From: Chitinophagaceae bacterium
GTDB lineage: Bacteria > Bacteroidota > Bacteroidia > Chitinophagales > Chitinophagaceae
Assembly (NCBI GenBank): GCA_036278455.1
Contig: DASULB010000445.1
Coordinates: 1-50,422 of the forward strand
Reading direction: 5' to 3'
Length of the DNA: 50,422 bases
Both the position numbers and the translations under genes were made by a program. Positions 48,114 through 50,422 of the stretch are shown one piece after another (the stretch's first letter is position 1; each line of letters opens with the position of its first letter). The notes beneath the pieces are model-generated. The model saw only the letters and a list, made by a program, of their open reading frames with translations, made no database searches and was not told where the DNA came from.

Positions 48114-49292
48114 TCATAAACGTCTTCGTTTTATTTCCTCCCGGATCAGCAGCCTGTCACGGACTACCTGGCCCGATACAGAGGAGTTTTCCTGTGCCCG
48201 CCGGATAAGATAGGGCATCACCTCTTTTATAGGGCCGTAAGGTACGTATTTTGAAGCATGATAACCCGCATCGGCCAGGTTAAAGGTAATGTTATCACTC
48301 ATGCCGTAGAGCTGGGAAAAGTGCACATGCGGATGACGGGGCGGTATGCCGTTTTCTTCCAACAGGCGGGCCCCCAAAAGACAGCTTTGCTCATTATGCG
48401 TCCCGATAAAGGTGACGATGCTTTCCAGGCGTTCCAGACAAAAGGCGACGGCCTGGTCATAAGCCCGGTCGGTGGCCGCCTTGTCGGGCTGTATAGGGGA
48501 AGGATATCCCTTTTCAACGGCACGCTTTCTTTCCTTTTCCATATAAGCGCCCCGTACCAGTTTGGCCCCCAGCAGGAACTTCGCCTCCTGGGCACGCACA
48601 AAGGACTGCTGCAGGAACGCCAGGCGGTCATGACGGTAGAGCTGAAAGGTATTGTAAACAACCGCCCTGCGGGTATTAAAGCGGGCCATCATCTCACCCG
48701 CCAGATCATCTACCGGTTGCTGTATCCAGCTTTCTTCGGCATCCACCAATACGCCAATACCTTTTTCGCCGGCATGACTGCAAATCGCGTAGATACGATC
48801 CCGTACCCGCTCCCATTCAGCCTGCTCCGCCTCATCAAGACTCCCGGCGGCGTGTATCTTTTCCAGCAACGCAAACCGGGCAAAACCCGTCACCTTCAGG
48901 CTGATAAAAGGGATGCTTGACTTGCCCGCGGCGTAAGAGATCGCTTTTTTAAACTCGCTCACCGCCTGGTCGTAACTGGCCTCTCCTTCCGCCGCCTCCA
49001 CGCCGTAATCCAGGATCACCCCTACCCGGAAAGCGGCCAGTTTACCCGCCGTTTCCGCGGCTTCCTCCAACGTCTCCCCACCGCAGAACTGGCGGAAAAC
49101 GGTATGGCGGATGAGGCCTTTTATGGGAAGCCCGATCTTAAGTGCCCATGGCGCGAGCGCGGAACCGGCTTTCACCAGCCACCCCAGTCGCATCGCGGAA
49201 AATATAAAACGGGCTTTTTTTAATGCTTTATCCGATTGGTAAGCGAAAGCAACTTCCGTATTATCAAACGAAAGTGTGGGGGATTGTTTCAT
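48114..49292 (-). CDS. Proline dehydrogenase family protein
   Basis: The start is taken at ATG 49292 (MKQSPTLSFDNTEVAF). A TIM-barrel PRODH pattern runs through ...QLYGMSDNITF...PYLIRRAQENSS. Confidence 0.85.
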   Translation of the reverse strand: MKQSPTLSFDNTEVAFAYQSDKALKKARFIFSAMRLGWLVKAGSALAPWALKIGLPIKGLIRHTVFRQFCGGETLEEAAETAGKLAAFRVGVILDYGVEAAEGEASYDQAVSEFKKAISYAAGKSSIPFISLKVTGFARFALLEKIHAAGSLDEAEQAEWERVRDRIYAICSHAGEKGIGVLVDAEESWIQQPVDDLAGEMMARFNTRRAVVYNTFQLYRHDRLAFLQQSFVRAQEAKFLLGAKLVRGAYMEKERKRAVEKGYPSPIQPDKAATDRAYDQAVAFCLERLESIVTFIGTHNEQSCLLGARLLEENGIPPRHPHVHFSQLYGMSDNITFNLADAGYHASKYVPYGPIKEVMPYLIRRAQENSSVSGQVVRDRLLIREEIKRRRL

Positions 49293-49409
49293 GTCTGAGC
49301 GCCGGTAAAGCCGCAAATGTAAGGCAATCATCATAAACCGGTCAGGGGGATGACTAAAAAAAAGCAGCTGAAAAAACTAAATTGTCTAACTTTAAGTCAA
49401 AATATTTCG

Positions 49410-50249
49410 ATGAAACGGTGGATTCTTTTAATGACAGCCTCGTTTTATTGCATATGGCTGCAGGCGCAGACAAAAATGAATTGCTGTAGCCCTACCCGGC
49501 AATTCGCCATGCTGGCGATGAACCAGGACTTCCGTGCGGCGCACCATGCCCCGGTTCCTTTCGTCTTCCGGGACGCGAGGGGTAAGATGATCAGTTTTGC
49601 CACAGCCGGCGGCAAGACAGCACACGCCTATTTTGTAAAATCACCCGTGGCTTCAGAAAATTATTTGCTCGTATTCCATGAATGGTGGGGACTGAATGAT
49701 TACATCAAACAGATGTGCGACAAACTGCAACATGATCTGGGGAACATCAACGTGATCGCCCCGGACCTCTATGACGGCAAGGTCGCAACCACTTCCGCCG
49801 AGGCGGGGAAATACATGCAGGCAGTTACGGACGGGCGCGCCCGGGCCATTATCCGGGGCGCCCTGAAATACGCCGGCCCCGGATCACGGATCTACACCAT
49901 CGGATGGTGTTTCGGTGGCGGCTGGTCGCTGCAGGCCTCCCTCATGGCGGGTAACCGGGCTGAAGGCTGCGTGATGTATTACGGCTTGCCGGAAACCAAT
50001 ATAGATACGCTCAGGACCCTTCATTGCGACGTACTGGGACTTTTCGCAAACAAGGACGGCTGGATCACCCCAAAAGTGGTGGACACTTTTGTCAGCGACA
50101 TGAAAAAAGCGGGAAAGAAACTGATCGTGCACCGTTATGACGACGTGCATGGTTTCGCCAATCCCAGCAATCCAAAACATGACGAGGCGGCGACCCAAAA
50201 CGCCTACGGGCATGCCCTACAATTTCTAAAAGCAAGGATAAAGCATTAA
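49410..50249 (+). CDS. Dienelactone hydrolase family protein (exported)
   Basis: The start is taken at ATG 49410 (MKRWILLMTASFYCIWLQAQ). Alpha/beta hydrolase with a Cys nucleophile elbow (GWCFGG) and a distal HGF, as in DLH. Confidence 0.82.
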   Translation: MKRWILLMTASFYCIWLQAQTKMNCCSPTRQFAMLAMNQDFRAAHHAPVPFVFRDARGKMISFATAGGKTAHAYFVKSPVASENYLLVFHEWWGLNDYIKQMCDKLQHDLGNINVIAPDLYDGKVATTSAEAGKYMQAVTDGRARAIIRGALKYAGPGSRIYTIGWCFGGGWSLQASLMAGNRAEGCVMYYGLPETNIDTLRTLHCDVLGLFANKDGWITPKVVDTFVSDMKKAGKKLIVHRYDDVHGFANPSNPKHDEAATQNAYGHALQFLKARIKH

Positions 50250-50272
50250 AACGAAGCATCAAACAAAAAGAT

Positions 50273-50422
50273 ATGCAGCCAGTAACTGATTTCCATCATT
50301 CCACCGCGCCGGAACCCCACCGGGTCCGGACCAAAATGATCTTAAAAGAACACCCGGAGGTACGAAAGCTGATCGGTAAAAATCCCTATACCATCTGGGC
50401 CATTGTGGGTCGTGTCGCCCTG
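50273..50422 (+). CDS. 5' part (50 codons) of a fatty-acid/sphingolipid desaturase-like protein; runs off the right edge
   Basis: MQPVTDFHHSTAPEPHRVRTKMILKEHPEVRKLIGKNPYTIW resembles the N-terminal Lipid_DES domain of sphingolipid delta-4 desaturases (EPHxxRxKxILxxxPExxxLxGxxP). Confidence 0.55.
   Translation, partial: MQPVTDFHHSTAPEPHRVRTKMILKEHPEVRKLIGKNPYTIWAIVGRVAL

Overview
This is a chromosomal window from a Bacteroidota genome. The taxon is an inference from TTTG-N19-21-TAnnTTTG promoter motifs, starts that mostly lack Shine-Dalgarno sequences, map rather than adk in the spc cluster, and DUF1573, NamZ-like and sphingolipid-desaturase-like genes; it looks Chitinophagaceae/Sphingobacteriia-like. 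Almost everything here is core housekeeping. The plus/minus-strand genes include secA, deoC, efp-accB-accC, mdh, sucA-sucB, a fused E1 alpha/beta 2-oxoacid dehydrogenase and carA. On the minus strand from 43779 down to 27123 there is an uninterrupted 30-gene S10-spc-alpha ribosomal supercluster (rpsJ to rplQ, including secY, map, infA, rpmJ and rpoA). After it come a NamZ-like gene, fmt, a LysM/DPBB wall protein, proline dehydrogenase, a dienelactone hydrolase and the first 50 codons of a sphingolipid-desaturase-like gene. I recognised no rRNA or tRNA genes. I did not find a convincing new multi-gene system, and I say so plainly. Three spots look accessory or anomalous. (1) Between mdh and sucB lies a six-repeat, mutationally decaying CRISPR mini-array with no cas gene anywhere in the window. 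A 1.43-kb IS4-family element is inserted 28 bp from its inferred leader-proximal repeat, and an AT-rich leader remnant carrying a tandem repeat lies beyond the IS. (2) Between an aminotransferase gene and carA lies an AT-rich island of about 1.2 kb. It holds a promoter-to-terminator unit that could be an sRNA of about 180 nt, frame-broken ORF fragments and one orphan 106-aa ORF. (3) A 534-bp gap of ordinary GC content at 11065-11598 has no believable ORF. Smaller oddities are low-complexity C-terminal tails on uL4, bL17 and uS3 (the uL4 tail contains an in-frame 123-nt duplication), a perfect 10-bp hairpin upstream of rpsD, and an unusually long rplN-rplX spacer. All coordinates, repeats and motifs were read by eye from the sequence. 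No database search or folding program was run.
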